This document shows positions 10,182 to 21,287 of a stretch of 64,000 nucleotides of DNA, piece after piece. The DNA comes from a candidate division WOR-3 bacterium. Lineage in GTDB: Bacteria > Hydrothermota > Tepidihabitantia > Tepidihabitantales > CAIPLT01. The stretch covers positions 19,247 through 83,246 of the forward strand of contig JBDRUV010000005.1 in NCBI GenBank assembly GCA_039801505.1. The letters run 5' to 3'. The notes beneath the pieces are model-generated. The model had not been told where the DNA came from and did not search any database. It was given only the letters and a program-made list of their open reading frames with translations. Numbering within the stretch: position 1 is the stretch's first letter; every line of letters starts with the position of its first letter. Both the position numbers and the translations under genes were made by a program.

Positions 10182-11578
10182 TGGCAAAAGTCTCAGAAAA
10201 AAAAGTGCCAATGCGCGAACAGGATCCTAAAGCGCGCATTAAGAATTTTCAAGAGGTACCTTTTGGTTATACTGAAGAAGAGGCGGTTTTAGAGGCTAAA
10301 AGATGTTTACAATGTAAAAAACCGGGTTGTGTTAAAGGATGTCCGGTAGAGATTGATATTCCGGCATTTATTGCCCGGATCGCGGAAAGGGATTTTAAAA
10401 ACGCCATCAAAATAATTAAGAAAAAGAATGTGCTGCCGGCAATTTGTGGTCGGGTCTGTCCGCAAGAAGACCAGTGTGAAAAGGAGTGCGTATTAGCTAA
10501 AAAGATGGAACCAGTAGCAATTGGCCGTTTAGAGAGATTTGCGGCCGATTGGGAAGCTGAAAATAATCTCGTAGAAATTCCTCCCAAACAGCCTTCAACC
10601 GGTAAACGAGTTGCGGTTGTCGGTTCCGGTCCAGCCGGTTTGGTCTTCGCCGGTGATTTAGCTCAGTTAGGACACGAAGTGGTAATTTTTGAAGCTCTTC
10701 ATAAGCCCGGCGGGGTTTTAATTTATGGTATCCCAGAATTTCGTTTACCCAAGGCAATTGTTGAGCGCGAGATTGAATACGTTAAACAGTTAGGAGTTAA
10801 AATTATTACAAGTTTTGTGGTTGGTCAGACTAAAACCGTCGACGAGCTATTACAGGAGTTTGATGCAGTTTTTATCGGTACAGGTGCCGGATTACCGTGG
10901 TTTATGAATATTCCGGGTGAACACTTGAATGGAATTTATTCGGCCAATGAGTATTTAGTGAGAACCAATTTGATGAAAGCCTATCTTTTTCCGGAGTATG
11001 ATACCCCAATTGTTCGGGGTCGGCGGGTTGCGGTAATTGGAGGTGGTAATGTAGCGATGGATGCGGCACGAACCGCATTAAGATTAGGTGCAGAGACTTC
11101 TACAATCGTTTATCGTCGCAGTCGAAAAGAGATGCCAGCCCGAGAAGAGGAAATTGTGCATGCGGAGGAAGAGGGAGTAAGATTTGAGTTTTTAACACTT
11201 CCGGTTAGATACTACGGCACAGAAGACGGATGGGTAAAAGAGATCGAATGTGTACGAATGGAACTTGGTGAGCCGGATGCCTCAGGCCGACGTCGGCCGA
11301 TCGTGATTCCCAATTCAGAATTTCGGATACCGGTTGATACTGTCGTGGTGGCAATCGGTCAGAGCCCGAACCCTTTAATTCCTAAAACAACCCCAGGTTT
11401 AGAGATTGGTAAACACGGCAATATTATGGCAGATGAAAAGACCGGCAAAACTACTAAAAAGGGCGTTTTTGCCGGTGGTGATATTGTTACAGGTGCTGCA
11501 ACAGTAATATTAGCCATGGGAGCGGGCCGAATTGCGGCTCGAGCCTGTGATGAATACTTAAAAACCAATATTTGGTAA
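10181..11578 (+). CDS. NfnB / glutamate synthase small-chain-like NADPH-dependent FAD oxidoreductase
   Basis: GltD-family 4Fe-4S cysteines (CLQCKKPGCVKGCPV...) and two Rossmann GxGxxG motifs (VVGSGPAG, VIGGGNVAMD). The start is taken at MAKVSEKK, overlapping the nfnA stop (TAATG). Confidence 0.8.
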   Translation: MAKVSEKKVPMREQDPKARIKNFQEVPFGYTEEEAVLEAKRCLQCKKPGCVKGCPVEIDIPAFIARIAERDFKNAIKIIKKKNVLPAICGRVCPQEDQCEKECVLAKKMEPVAIGRLERFAADWEAENNLVEIPPKQPSTGKRVAVVGSGPAGLVFAGDLAQLGHEVVIFEALHKPGGVLIYGIPEFRLPKAIVEREIEYVKQLGVKIITSFVVGQTKTVDELLQEFDAVFIGTGAGLPWFMNIPGEHLNGIYSANEYLVRTNLMKAYLFPEYDTPIVRGRRVAVIGGGNVAMDAARTALRLGAETSTIVYRRSRKEMPAREEEIVHAEEEGVRFEFLTLPVRYYGTEDGWVKEIECVRMELGEPDASGRRRPIVIPNSEFRIPVDTVVVAIGQSPNPLIPKTTPGLEIGKHGNIMADEKTGKTTKKGVFAGGDIVTGAATVILAMGAGRIAARACDEYLKTNIW

Positions 11579-11589
11579 GGAGGAATAAA

Positions 11590-11832
11590 ATGGTGGCTAC
11601 AGCGTATGTTTTAATAACTGTGGCTCATGGCATGGCCCGTAAGGTTTACGATGAGTTATCGAAAGTCGATGGCGTAGCCCAAGTTCATGCTATTGCAGGA
11701 CCTTATGATATTATTGCGATTGTCCAGGCACGTGATTTTAATGCGATTGGTAATCTTATCATTAATAAAATTCAACCGATAGAAGGTATTGAGCGAACTT
11801 TAACTTGTAACGTTATAGAATTTGAACAATAA
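11590..11832 (+). CDS. Stand-alone Lrp/AsnC-family C-terminal RAM (ligand-binding) domain protein
   Basis: About 80 aa with the AsnC C-terminal fold (VLITVAHG...VHAIAGPYDIIAIVQA). AGGAGG Shine-Dalgarno 8 nt upstream of the ATG at 11590. Sits between nfnB and gdhA. Confidence 0.6.
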   Translation: MVATAYVLITVAHGMARKVYDELSKVDGVAQVHAIAGPYDIIAIVQARDFNAIGNLIINKIQPIEGIERTLTCNVIEFEQ

Positions 11833-11836
11833 ATAG

Positions 11837-13189
<1,353 letters not shown>

Positions 13190-13227
13190 CAAATTTTACA
13201 TAATAAAACTTTAGGGCATCCTCCATT

Positions 13228-14223
13228 ATGGATGCCCTTTTTAATTTAATGATTAAGGCAATTGGTTTAATTTCTGGAGGATTAGATAGTATCCTTGCAG
13301 CCAAAATGGTGTTAGAACAAGGCGTCATGGTAATCGGAGTTAATTTCATCTCGCCATTTTTTGATAAATCTCAATTTGTTAACGAGACGGCCAAATTACT
13401 TGGGATTGAAATTCAGATCATCGAATTAAAAGATGACTATATTAAGCTTATTAAGAATCCAAAATATGGTTATGGAAAAAATCTTAATCCTTGTATCGAT
13501 TGTCATATGTACATGTTGCGGCTTGCTAAACAAATTATGGAAAGCGAAAATGCCGATTTCGTTTTTACCGGTGAAGTTTTAGATGAGCGCCCGATGTCCC
13601 AGAATCGTCAGGCCCTAGAAATTATTGAAAAAGAATCCGGTCTTGAGGGAAAACTATTACGGCCCCTTTCTGCTCAGTTATTAGCACCAACAGTTGCCGA
13701 GCTAGAAGGCAAGATAAAGCGAGAACTTCTTGGATGCATAAGAGGCCGGTCGCGGAAGCCTCAATTAGAACTGGCACGTAAGTTCGGCATAACCAGTTTT
13801 CCCCAACCGGCTGGTGGTTGTTTACTTACTGAACCTAGCTTCGCTGGCCGTCTCCGGGACGCTTTCCGATACGGTGAGGACACCATCTACGAGATTAATT
13901 TATTAAAAATTGGCCGACATTTTAGATTTGATGATCCCCAAAATACTAAAGTTATTGTAGGACGAGACAAAAGAGAAAACCAAATTCTTAGTAGGCTAGC
14001 CCGTGAAGTGGACTTAGTATTAGAACCGGTCGATACTACTGGACCTGTCGTCTTGGTGCCGAACCGCAAACCAACGCCACTAATTCTTAACTTGGCAAGT
14101 GGCTTATGTGCCCGTTATAGTGATAAAGTCCATAACGAAAATCTTGTCAAAGTAAAATATAAGGATATAATAATGGAAGTAGCACCTTTAAGCGATGAAG
14201 TAATAAATAAATATCGGATTTAA
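13228..14223 (+). CDS. PP-loop superfamily ATPase (MnmA/ThiI-like, putative tRNA thiolation or sulfur-transfer enzyme)
   Basis: SGGLDS PP-loop and an NPCIDCH cysteine motif resembling the MnmA NPCxxCN motif. 331 aa with no THUMP or rhodanese domain. Confidence 0.55.
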   Translation: MDALFNLMIKAIGLISGGLDSILAAKMVLEQGVMVIGVNFISPFFDKSQFVNETAKLLGIEIQIIELKDDYIKLIKNPKYGYGKNLNPCIDCHMYMLRLAKQIMESENADFVFTGEVLDERPMSQNRQALEIIEKESGLEGKLLRPLSAQLLAPTVAELEGKIKRELLGCIRGRSRKPQLELARKFGITSFPQPAGGCLLTEPSFAGRLRDAFRYGEDTIYEINLLKIGRHFRFDDPQNTKVIVGRDKRENQILSRLAREVDLVLEPVDTTGPVVLVPNRKPTPLILNLASGLCARYSDKVHNENLVKVKYKDIIMEVAPLSDEVINKYRI

Positions 14224-14243
14224 TTAAAATAATAGAGGAGACT

Positions 14244-14483
14244 ATGACCGAAGAGGTAAAAAGGAAAATTAAAGAAACAATAGAAAATAAAATTCGACCC
14301 AATCTCGTTGCCGATGGTGGGGATATTGAACTTGTGGAAATTACCGATACTGGGGTGGTTAAGGTGAGACTCAAAGGCAGATGCGGTAGTTGTCCATTTT
14401 CCCAACTGACATTAGCATTAAGTGTTGAAAAAACTTTAAAGGACGAAATTTTAGAAGTAGAAAGAGTCGAGTTAGTTGCATAA
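14244..14483 (+). CDS. NifU-like (Nfu) Fe-S cluster scaffold domain protein
   Basis: 79 aa with the Nfu signature GGDIELVEI...LKGRCGSCPFSQ. Confidence 0.75.
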   Translation: MTEEVKRKIKETIENKIRPNLVADGGDIELVEITDTGVVKVRLKGRCGSCPFSQLTLALSVEKTLKDEILEVERVELVA

Positions 14484-14489
14484 CCGAAT

Positions 14490-15509
14490 ATGCCTGAAAG
14501 AAAGAAAATAATTACCAGTGGTATGAGACCCACTGGGAGCCTACATCTTGGTAATCTAATCGGGGCCCTAGAGAATTGGGTAAAATTACAAAATAATTAT
14601 CAATGTTTTTATTTTATTGTTGACTGGCATTCTCTAACGACTCCGGGTTCGGTAAATTCTGTAGGATACCAATACACCGATAAGCTGGCTGATAATATTT
14701 ATCAAATGGCCCTTGATTGGTTAAGCGCCGGGCTTGACCCTAATCGTTCAATAATTTTTATCCAATCCCATGTACCCGAAGTTGCTGAGTTGTTTCTATT
14801 ATTAGGAATGATCACGCCATTAGGTTGGTTAGAGCGAAATCCCACATACCGAGAAATGCTTGAGGATTATAAGATCGAATACCCGACATACGGGCTTTTA
14901 GGGTATCCAACCCTTCAAGCAGCTGATATTCTAATTTACAAAGGAGAATATGTGCCAGTAGGTAAAGACCAGGAGTCTCATGTGAATTTAGCCAGAGATA
15001 TTGCCGGCCGATTCAATAACATATACGGTAAAAACGTTTTTCCACTACCCGAACCACTTCTGACCCAAATGCCCAAAGTCCCCAGTTTAGATAATCCCAA
15101 TAAAAAAATGAGTAAAAGTAGTGGAAATTATATCGCAATCGCTCATACTCCTGAAGAGACAACCGAGCGTGTGAAAAATATGTTTACTGATCCCACAAAG
15201 ATTAGAAAAAACGATATAGGACATCCCGACGGATGCGTTGTATTTAGTTTTCATGTGATTTACAGCAAAGATAAAATTAACACTATTCGTATAGAATGCG
15301 AGACAGGCAAAAGAGGCTGTGTTGACTGCAAGATGGAATTAGCTGATGCCATGAATAATGCGCTTTCGGTAATAAGAGAACGCCGTAAAGAACTAGCAAG
15401 TAAACCACAGTTTATCAAAGAAGTTTTATTAGATGGCGCGCAAAAAGCCCGTTTAGTTGCTCAGCAAACATTATCGGAAGTAAAAGATGTAATGAAACTT
15501 AAGTATTAA
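14490..15509 (+). CDS. trpS: Tryptophanyl-tRNA synthetase
   Basis: Class I HIGH-like motif (GSLHLGNLIGAL) and KMSKS. 339 aa. Confidence 0.9.
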   Translation: MPERKKIITSGMRPTGSLHLGNLIGALENWVKLQNNYQCFYFIVDWHSLTTPGSVNSVGYQYTDKLADNIYQMALDWLSAGLDPNRSIIFIQSHVPEVAELFLLLGMITPLGWLERNPTYREMLEDYKIEYPTYGLLGYPTLQAADILIYKGEYVPVGKDQESHVNLARDIAGRFNNIYGKNVFPLPEPLLTQMPKVPSLDNPNKKMSKSSGNYIAIAHTPEETTERVKNMFTDPTKIRKNDIGHPDGCVVFSFHVIYSKDKINTIRIECETGKRGCVDCKMELADAMNNALSVIRERRKELASKPQFIKEVLLDGAQKARLVAQQTLSEVKDVMKLKY

Positions 15510-15522
15510 CAGCTTTTATTCC

Positions 15523-17055
15523 ATGCCAGACCCAATTCAATTTTTTATTAGCAAATTCGAAAAATTATGTGAAGAAGAAGAAATTTTAGGGAGATATCCG
15601 ATACCCCGACCGTATCGAAACAGCGCAGTTCAGTTTCGAAAATGTAAGTTTTCTGAATTTTCCAAACGGCGAGAAATTGTTGAAGCTGTTGGCTTAAACG
15701 CTTTTTTCTTTCCAGCACGTGAAATTCCCGGATGTGATTTACTGTCGGATTCCGGAACAACGACGATGACAATAGAACAGTGGTCAAAATTACTTTTAGG
15801 GGATGAAGCTTACGGGGCAAACGAAGGCTATTTTGAATTAAAACAGCAAATAATTGATACCTTTGGTGAGGAGTGGCGGACTTATAATTCTCGGCGGGAG
15901 AATATGTTTATTTTCCATCAGGGTAGAGCGTGCGAATACGCGCTATTTAGCAATTTAGCGAAAGAATTAATCACCCAAGGATATGAACTCGGCAGAGTGA
16001 TAATACCTAGTAATGCCCACTTTGATACCACTCAAGCAAACATTGAAGCCCAGCAGATGCAAGCAGTAAATCTACCTTGTGTTGAACACCTAAACGATGA
16101 TAAGACTTTTCGTTTCCGGGGTAATATTAATCTAGAAGCACTGGAAAAACTGCTTAAAGAAAATGCTAAACATGTGCCATTGGTTTATATGACAATTACC
16201 AACAACACTGCGGGTGGACAACCAGTTTCGCTTGCTAATATCAAAAAGGCTTATGAAATGTGCCACAGCTATAATATACCTCTGTTTTTAGATGCTAGCC
16301 GGTTTGCTGAAAACTCTTGGTTTATTAAAGAAAACGAGGATGAATACAAACATCTTACGATTCCAGAGATTGTAAAAGAGACGTTTAAGTATTGTGACGG
16401 TTTTCATGCTAGTTTCAAAAAAGATGGCCTTGTAAATATTGGTGGAATATTAGTAATAAAAGAGACTGGGCTATTTTATAAAAAATACCCCGAGTTTTGG
16501 CAAAAACTTATTGATCATCAGATTCTTATCGAAGGAAATCCGTCCTACGGAGGTTTAGCAGGAAGAGACCTAAAGGCATTAGTTGAGGGGCTAAGGGTTG
16601 TGGTTACAGAAGATTATTTGAAATTTCGCATCCATCAAACAAGAAGATTTGGGACTAAATTGGTCGAATATAATATTCCCATTGTTTTACCCGTAGGTGG
16701 TCATGCAATTTATATAGATGTTGACAAGTTTTTTAAAGAAAAAACTCAAGATGAAGATTTTAAAGGAATTTCCATTGTTGCATTGATATTAATTGCCGGA
16801 CATCGTTTATGTGAATTGGGCGTATTTGCCTTCGGTAAGTATAGAAATGGTGTCGAAATCCCTCCAGATCCTAGGGTTAATTACATTCGTGCGGCTGTAC
16901 CCAGATTGGTGTATGAAGATCAGGATTTATTTTCCGTTGCTGAGGCCATTAAGATACTTTATGAATATCAAGATTATATTCCAGCAGTGAATATAATTTA
17001 TGGTCGAAATTTATCATTAAGACATTTTAAAGCTCGATTTCAATTTAGGATCTAA
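15523..17055 (+). CDS. Tryptophanase / tyrosine phenol-lyase family (beta-eliminating lyase), with an N-terminal extension of about 40 aa
   Basis: 510 aa with overall collinearity with TnaA/TPL (PLP-fold beta-eliminating lyase; SDSGTTTM and NNTAGGQPVS regions). Confidence 0.7.
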   Translation: MPDPIQFFISKFEKLCEEEEILGRYPIPRPYRNSAVQFRKCKFSEFSKRREIVEAVGLNAFFFPAREIPGCDLLSDSGTTTMTIEQWSKLLLGDEAYGANEGYFELKQQIIDTFGEEWRTYNSRRENMFIFHQGRACEYALFSNLAKELITQGYELGRVIIPSNAHFDTTQANIEAQQMQAVNLPCVEHLNDDKTFRFRGNINLEALEKLLKENAKHVPLVYMTITNNTAGGQPVSLANIKKAYEMCHSYNIPLFLDASRFAENSWFIKENEDEYKHLTIPEIVKETFKYCDGFHASFKKDGLVNIGGILVIKETGLFYKKYPEFWQKLIDHQILIEGNPSYGGLAGRDLKALVEGLRVVVTEDYLKFRIHQTRRFGTKLVEYNIPIVLPVGGHAIYIDVDKFFKEKTQDEDFKGISIVALILIAGHRLCELGVFAFGKYRNGVEIPPDPRVNYIRAAVPRLVYEDQDLFSVAEAIKILYEYQDYIPAVNIIYGRNLSLRHFKARFQFRI

Positions 17056-17057
17056 AT

Positions 17058-18320
17058 TTATTTTTTAATTATTTTCGTGATATCATTAAAAAAGGCGAAA
17101 ATTACAAGTAACCCAACGATGGCATAGCCTAAATAAAATGCGATTTCCCATATTTTTTTGCTAAATCGTTTCTTTATAATACTTTCAATGCCATATAGTA
17201 AAAATCGACCGCCGTCCAAAATCGGAATAGGAAAAAGATTAATGACACACAAATTGATGGAAAGTACTGACCACAATCCTAATAAATATTTAATTCCCCA
17301 TTGAGCTCCTTCGTAAGTTAATTTTCCGACCATTACCGGCCCACCGATTGAAGATTTGGAAATTTCTCCAATAATTACTTTATAGATTATCACAAAAGTT
17401 TGAACTGCCACATATATTGTACGTTCCGTCGATGCAATAAACGCCTGAATTATTGACAATTTTTTTTCAGGAAGTTTAACCCAGACCCCAATAACACCGC
17501 GTTTTTGCGTCCCTATTTCATCCTTGGTAAATGAAATCTCAATACTATCTTCGTATGTATTATTTCCTCTCTGCCATTTTATATAACGTTTTGTAGCACT
17601 TGACGTTCGAATAAGTTCAGTGAATTGGTACCAATCATGAATAGGAATATCGTCAACCTGTAAGATTCGATCGTCTTTTTTAAGGCCGATTTTTTCTGCC
17701 GGACTTTGTTTTTTGACAATATCAATTACCGGTTCAAGATACGGCCTAAAAAAAATGGATTCTGGTCTATTCGGTATATTTACTGAAATTGTTACCATAT
17801 TTTCATTTCGTTTTACTATAAAAGTTACAGATTGGTCTGAGTATTTAGCTATAAGTTTTTCTAAAGTCATCCAATCAGGTGCTGTGTCGTTATTAATTTT
17901 AATAATTTCATCGGCGAGCTGCAAACCATATTCTTCTCCCTTGGTATCCGGCACAATTTTAGTACCAAAGGTTGAAATTCCAAAAATACCATATAAAGCC
18001 CAAGTTAAAATTATTCCCAAAAGTAAATTGAAGGTCGGGCCGGCTAATATTACTAGCGCCTTTTTACTTAACGGAGCAACATTAAAACCATAATTAGCAC
18101 TAATTTCGTCGCCAGATAGTTTAATATAGCCACCTAAAGGAATTAGTGATAGTCGATATTCGGTTTCCTTGAAGCGTTTTTTTAGCAGGACTGGACCAAA
18201 TCCCACAGAAAACTGTTCAACAGGTAAAGCACATAGTTTGGCTAAAATTAAGTGCCCAAATTCATGAACAATTATAAGCGAACCGATAACAATTGCTACT
18301 AAAATTATTGATGAGAACAT
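17058..18320 (-). CDS. rseP: RIP site-2 zinc metalloprotease
   Basis: HEFGHLILAK motif, PDZ domain, C-terminal TM segments, 420 aa. Overlaps dxr as in the conserved dxr-rseP operon. Confidence 0.85.
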   Translation of the reverse strand: MFSSIILVAIVIGSLIIVHEFGHLILAKLCALPVEQFSVGFGPVLLKKRFKETEYRLSLIPLGGYIKLSGDEISANYGFNVAPLSKKALVILAGPTFNLLLGIILTWALYGIFGISTFGTKIVPDTKGEEYGLQLADEIIKINNDTAPDWMTLEKLIAKYSDQSVTFIVKRNENMVTISVNIPNRPESIFFRPYLEPVIDIVKKQSPAEKIGLKKDDRILQVDDIPIHDWYQFTELIRTSSATKRYIKWQRGNNTYEDSIEISFTKDEIGTQKRGVIGVWVKLPEKKLSIIQAFIASTERTIYVAVQTFVIIYKVIIGEISKSSIGGPVMVGKLTYEGAQWGIKYLLGLWSVLSINLCVINLFPIPILDGGRFLLYGIESIIKKRFSKKIWEIAFYLGYAIVGLLVIFAFFNDITKIIKK

Positions 18321-19468
18321 ATTAGTTTTTCAGCAAAATTTCTTGCAGTTTTTTCCCACCTTATAAGTTCGTCTAATTGTGGGTCTTTTATTGAAGGTGC
18401 CCAATAAAGTGTTTTCTTGATAATTTGCGGTATCGCCGAAAATTTGATCCGACCCTCAAGAAAGTTTTTCACTGCTACTTCATTAGCAGCATTATATACA
18501 CAGGGAGCTATACCATCAAGCTTTAATGCTTCATAAGCTAATTTAAGGGCTAAAAAACGACGAAAATTCGGCGAATAAAATTCTAAACTTCGATATGATG
18601 TAAGATTTAGACTATTAGTTTGTGATTCAAACCGTCGCGGGTAGGTTAAGGCATATTGAATACAAAGTTTCATATCTGGTTGGGACAACTGGGCAATTAT
18701 TGAATGGTCCTTAAGTTCAATCAATGCATGAATAATGCTCTGCGGGTGAATTAAAACTTGAATTCTATCTCCTGATATTTCAAAGTATCGCGCAGTTTCG
18801 ATAACTTCTAATCCTTTATTAGCTAGTGTTGCAGAATCAATTGTAGTTTTAGGCCCCATTTTCCAGGTTGGGTGCTTGAGAGCTTCTTTAATCGTAATGT
18901 TTTTAAAATTACTCCGACGCCAAAATGGACCCCCTGATGCCGTAATAATTATCTTTTTTATTTCACTTGCTTTATGCCCCTGTAGACATTGATGAATCCC
19001 GACAAGCTCAGAATCAATTGGTAAAAGCACTGTATTATATTTTTTGACTCGTTCCATAATAATTTTACCAAAACTCACCATTAATTCTTTGGTAGCCAGT
19101 AAAATTCGCTTACGCTCTTCAATGGCCTTGAGGAAAGGCATAATGCCTTCGGTACCTGTCATTGCCATCACAAAGTATTCAACCTTTGGATCCGTGGCAA
19201 GTTCGGTAAGCCCCTTTGAGCCCCATATAACTTTGGGAATTGGCCCCTGGAGTTTTTTTAAGAGCGCTAGTAATTTTTCTTTAGTTTCTTCATCTTGAGT
19301 TACAACAACTTTCGGATTAAACAAACAAATTTGTCGGGCAAGTAATTTGTAATTATATTTGCTGGCCAAGGCATAAACCGAAAATAACGACTTTAAATGT
19401 TTTATCACCTCTAGGGTCGATTGTCCGATTGATCCGGTGGCACCAATTATCGCTACTTTTTTCGCCAT
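18305..19468 (-). CDS. dxr: 1-deoxy-D-xylulose 5-phosphate reductoisomerase
   Basis: VAIIGATGSIGQSTL N-terminus, 387 aa, full-length Dxr similarity. Confidence 0.9.
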   Translation of the reverse strand: MAKKVAIIGATGSIGQSTLEVIKHLKSLFSVYALASKYNYKLLARQICLFNPKVVVTQDEETKEKLLALLKKLQGPIPKVIWGSKGLTELATDPKVEYFVMAMTGTEGIMPFLKAIEERKRILLATKELMVSFGKIIMERVKKYNTVLLPIDSELVGIHQCLQGHKASEIKKIIITASGGPFWRRSNFKNITIKEALKHPTWKMGPKTTIDSATLANKGLEVIETARYFEISGDRIQVLIHPQSIIHALIELKDHSIIAQLSQPDMKLCIQYALTYPRRFESQTNSLNLTSYRSLEFYSPNFRRFLALKLAYEALKLDGIAPCVYNAANEVAVKNFLEGRIKFSAIPQIIKKTLYWAPSIKDPQLDELIRWEKTARNFAEKLICSHQ

Positions 19469-20127
19469 AACTTGTAAATAAATAGTAAGTCGTCTTTCTC
19501 AGTAATTTTTATATTAGTCTTTTCACCTCGGAAGGTATACACAGGGACGCCAAAGCGTTCAATAATTCCTGAATCGTCACTTTGATAAATATTATGTTTA
19601 TACGCATACTCATAGGCTTTTTTAATTAGGGTAATATCAAAAAATTGCGGAGTTTGAACATAATAAAGTGAGGAGCGGTCTAGCGTCTTTATAACTATGT
19701 GGTTTTTTATTTCCTTTACCGTATCATAAATCGGCAATACTGGGATACACGCCTGGTATCTTTTTACATAAAAAAATCCTTTTTTTATCAAATCTAGCGA
19801 CACCAGAGGCCGTGCGGCATCATGAATTGCCACATATCCGGTATCTGGTAGTAAGCTAAGGGCATTATTAACCGAATCCTGGCGTTCCTTGCCACCAGTG
19901 ATTACGGCACGAACTTTATTAAACTGACATTTTACCACAAGTTTTTTAAGATAAGAAACTTTTTCTTTTAAAGTAACTAGAATAATACTTTTCACTAATG
20001 GGGACTTGTTAAATTGAGCTACTGAATAATAAATCAATGGTTTTTTATCCAGTAATACGAATTGCTTTTGTCGTCCAAATCTTCGAGCTTGGCCAGCAGC
20101 TAAAATAATTGCAAAATTCATTGCCAC
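19453..20127 (-). CDS. ispD: 2-C-methyl-D-erythritol 4-phosphate cytidylyltransferase
   Basis: AIILAAGQARRFG nucleotidyltransferase motif, 224 aa. Heads the ispD-dxr-rseP operon. Confidence 0.85.
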   Translation of the reverse strand: MAMNFAIILAAGQARRFGRQKQFVLLDKKPLIYYSVAQFNKSPLVKSIILVTLKEKVSYLKKLVVKCQFNKVRAVITGGKERQDSVNNALSLLPDTGYVAIHDAARPLVSLDLIKKGFFYVKRYQACIPVLPIYDTVKEIKNHIVIKTLDRSSLYYVQTPQFFDITLIKKAYEYAYKHNIYQSDDSGIIERFGVPVYTFRGEKTNIKITEKDDLLFIYKLWRKK

Positions 20128-20216
20128 TATTATATTTTATTTACTATTAAAAGTCAATTAGAAATCTTAATACGTTATAGGTTCACTTTACTTAGCGTCT
20201 AAAATAATTCTTGTAA

Positions 20217-20245
20217 TTGACTTTTCAACGTTTCTTAATTAAATT
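20217..20245 (+). promoter_or_regulatory. Promoter TTGACT-N17-TAAATT, 7 nt upstream of the purM ATG (leaderless arrangement)
   Basis: TTGACT at 20217-20222 and TAAATT at 20240-20245. The ATG (MKPQKAEAYK) is at 20253. Confidence 0.4.
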
Positions 20246-20252
20246 TTTATAT

Positions 20253-21287
20253 ATGAAGCCCCAAAAAGCCGAGGCTTATAAAAATGCCGGAGTTGATATC
20301 GAATTTACCTCAAAGCTTAAGTCTCAGATTAAAAGGCTGGTGCCCAAAACATTTAACGACTACGTGCTTTCTGGTATTGGACTTTTCGGTGGACTTTACC
20401 AAATCCCCGACCCGAAATCATCCAATGTCTTAGTTGCTAGTTGTGATGGAGTGGGCACCAAGCTGTATATTGCGCAAATGATGAACAAACACGATACGGT
20501 AGGCGAAGATATTGTTAATCACTGTGTTAATGATATTTTGACCTTAGGTGCCCGACCGCTTTTTTTTCTTGATTATATCGGTTATTCTGATATTAGTGCG
20601 AAAGTTATGGCCGAAATTATTAAAGGCTTAACTAAGGCCTGTCAAAAAAATGGCTGTGCCCTAATCGGTGGCGAGACAGCAATGATGCCCGGAATGTATG
20701 AACCGGGTCGATATGAACTTGTCGGGTTTATTGTTGGAATTGTTGATAAAAAAAGAATTATTGACGGTCAGAAAATTAAAGTCGGTGATTACTTAGTTGG
20801 ATTACCATCATCTGGGCTTCATACCAATGGTTATTCGTTGGCGCGGAAAGTGTTATTTGAAGACCATAAGCTTAGTGTCGATACGATATTATCAGAACTT
20901 AAAAAACCACTTGGTGAAGTACTTCTAGTGCCACATCGTTCTTACCTTCAGGAAGTCAGTAAGGTATTAGATCTGCTTACCGGAATTGCGCATATTACCG
21001 GCGGTGGTTTTTATGAAAACATTAGCCGGATCTTACCTGCTGGCACTTCTTGTGTGATTAACCGTTACCGTTGGAAGGTGCCCGAAATTTTCCAGGTGAT
21101 TCAAAAATTAGGAAATATTAGTACCGAAGAAATGTATCAGGTATTTAATATGGGGATCGGAATGGTGCTATTTGTTCGACCGAAGAGCTTAAATATAATA
21201 TTAAAAAAACTACCCCAAGCCCAAATAATTGGTCGAGTAGTTAAAGGCCGATTTGGCGTAAAAGTGGCGGACTACGATGCCGAATAA
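20253..21287 (+). CDS. purM: Phosphoribosylformylglycinamidine cyclo-ligase (AIR synthase)
   Basis: AIRS N- and C-domains (DGVGTKL). The start is taken at MKPQKAEAYKNAGVDIE rather than the upstream in-frame ATG, which lies within the promoter. Confidence 0.9.
   Translation: MKPQKAEAYKNAGVDIEFTSKLKSQIKRLVPKTFNDYVLSGIGLFGGLYQIPDPKSSNVLVASCDGVGTKLYIAQMMNKHDTVGEDIVNHCVNDILTLGARPLFFLDYIGYSDISAKVMAEIIKGLTKACQKNGCALIGGETAMMPGMYEPGRYELVGFIVGIVDKKRIIDGQKIKVGDYLVGLPSSGLHTNGYSLARKVLFEDHKLSVDTILSELKKPLGEVLLVPHRSYLQEVSKVLDLLTGIAHITGGGFYENISRILPAGTSCVINRYRWKVPEIFQVIQKLGNISTEEMYQVFNMGIGMVLFVRPKSLNIILKKLPQAQIIGRVVKGRFGVKVADYDAE

Noticed and set aside
17713-18093. Antisense ORFs of more than 100 aa inside rseP (17713-18093), the GWxTD gene (52637-53023) and the PP-loop/nifU/trpS region (14147-14533), plus ORFs 30-407 and 1016-1210 antisense to pycB.
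   Set aside because: Each lies entirely within a well-supported gene on the opposite strand and has a hydrophobic or low-complexity translation typical of shadow ORFs.
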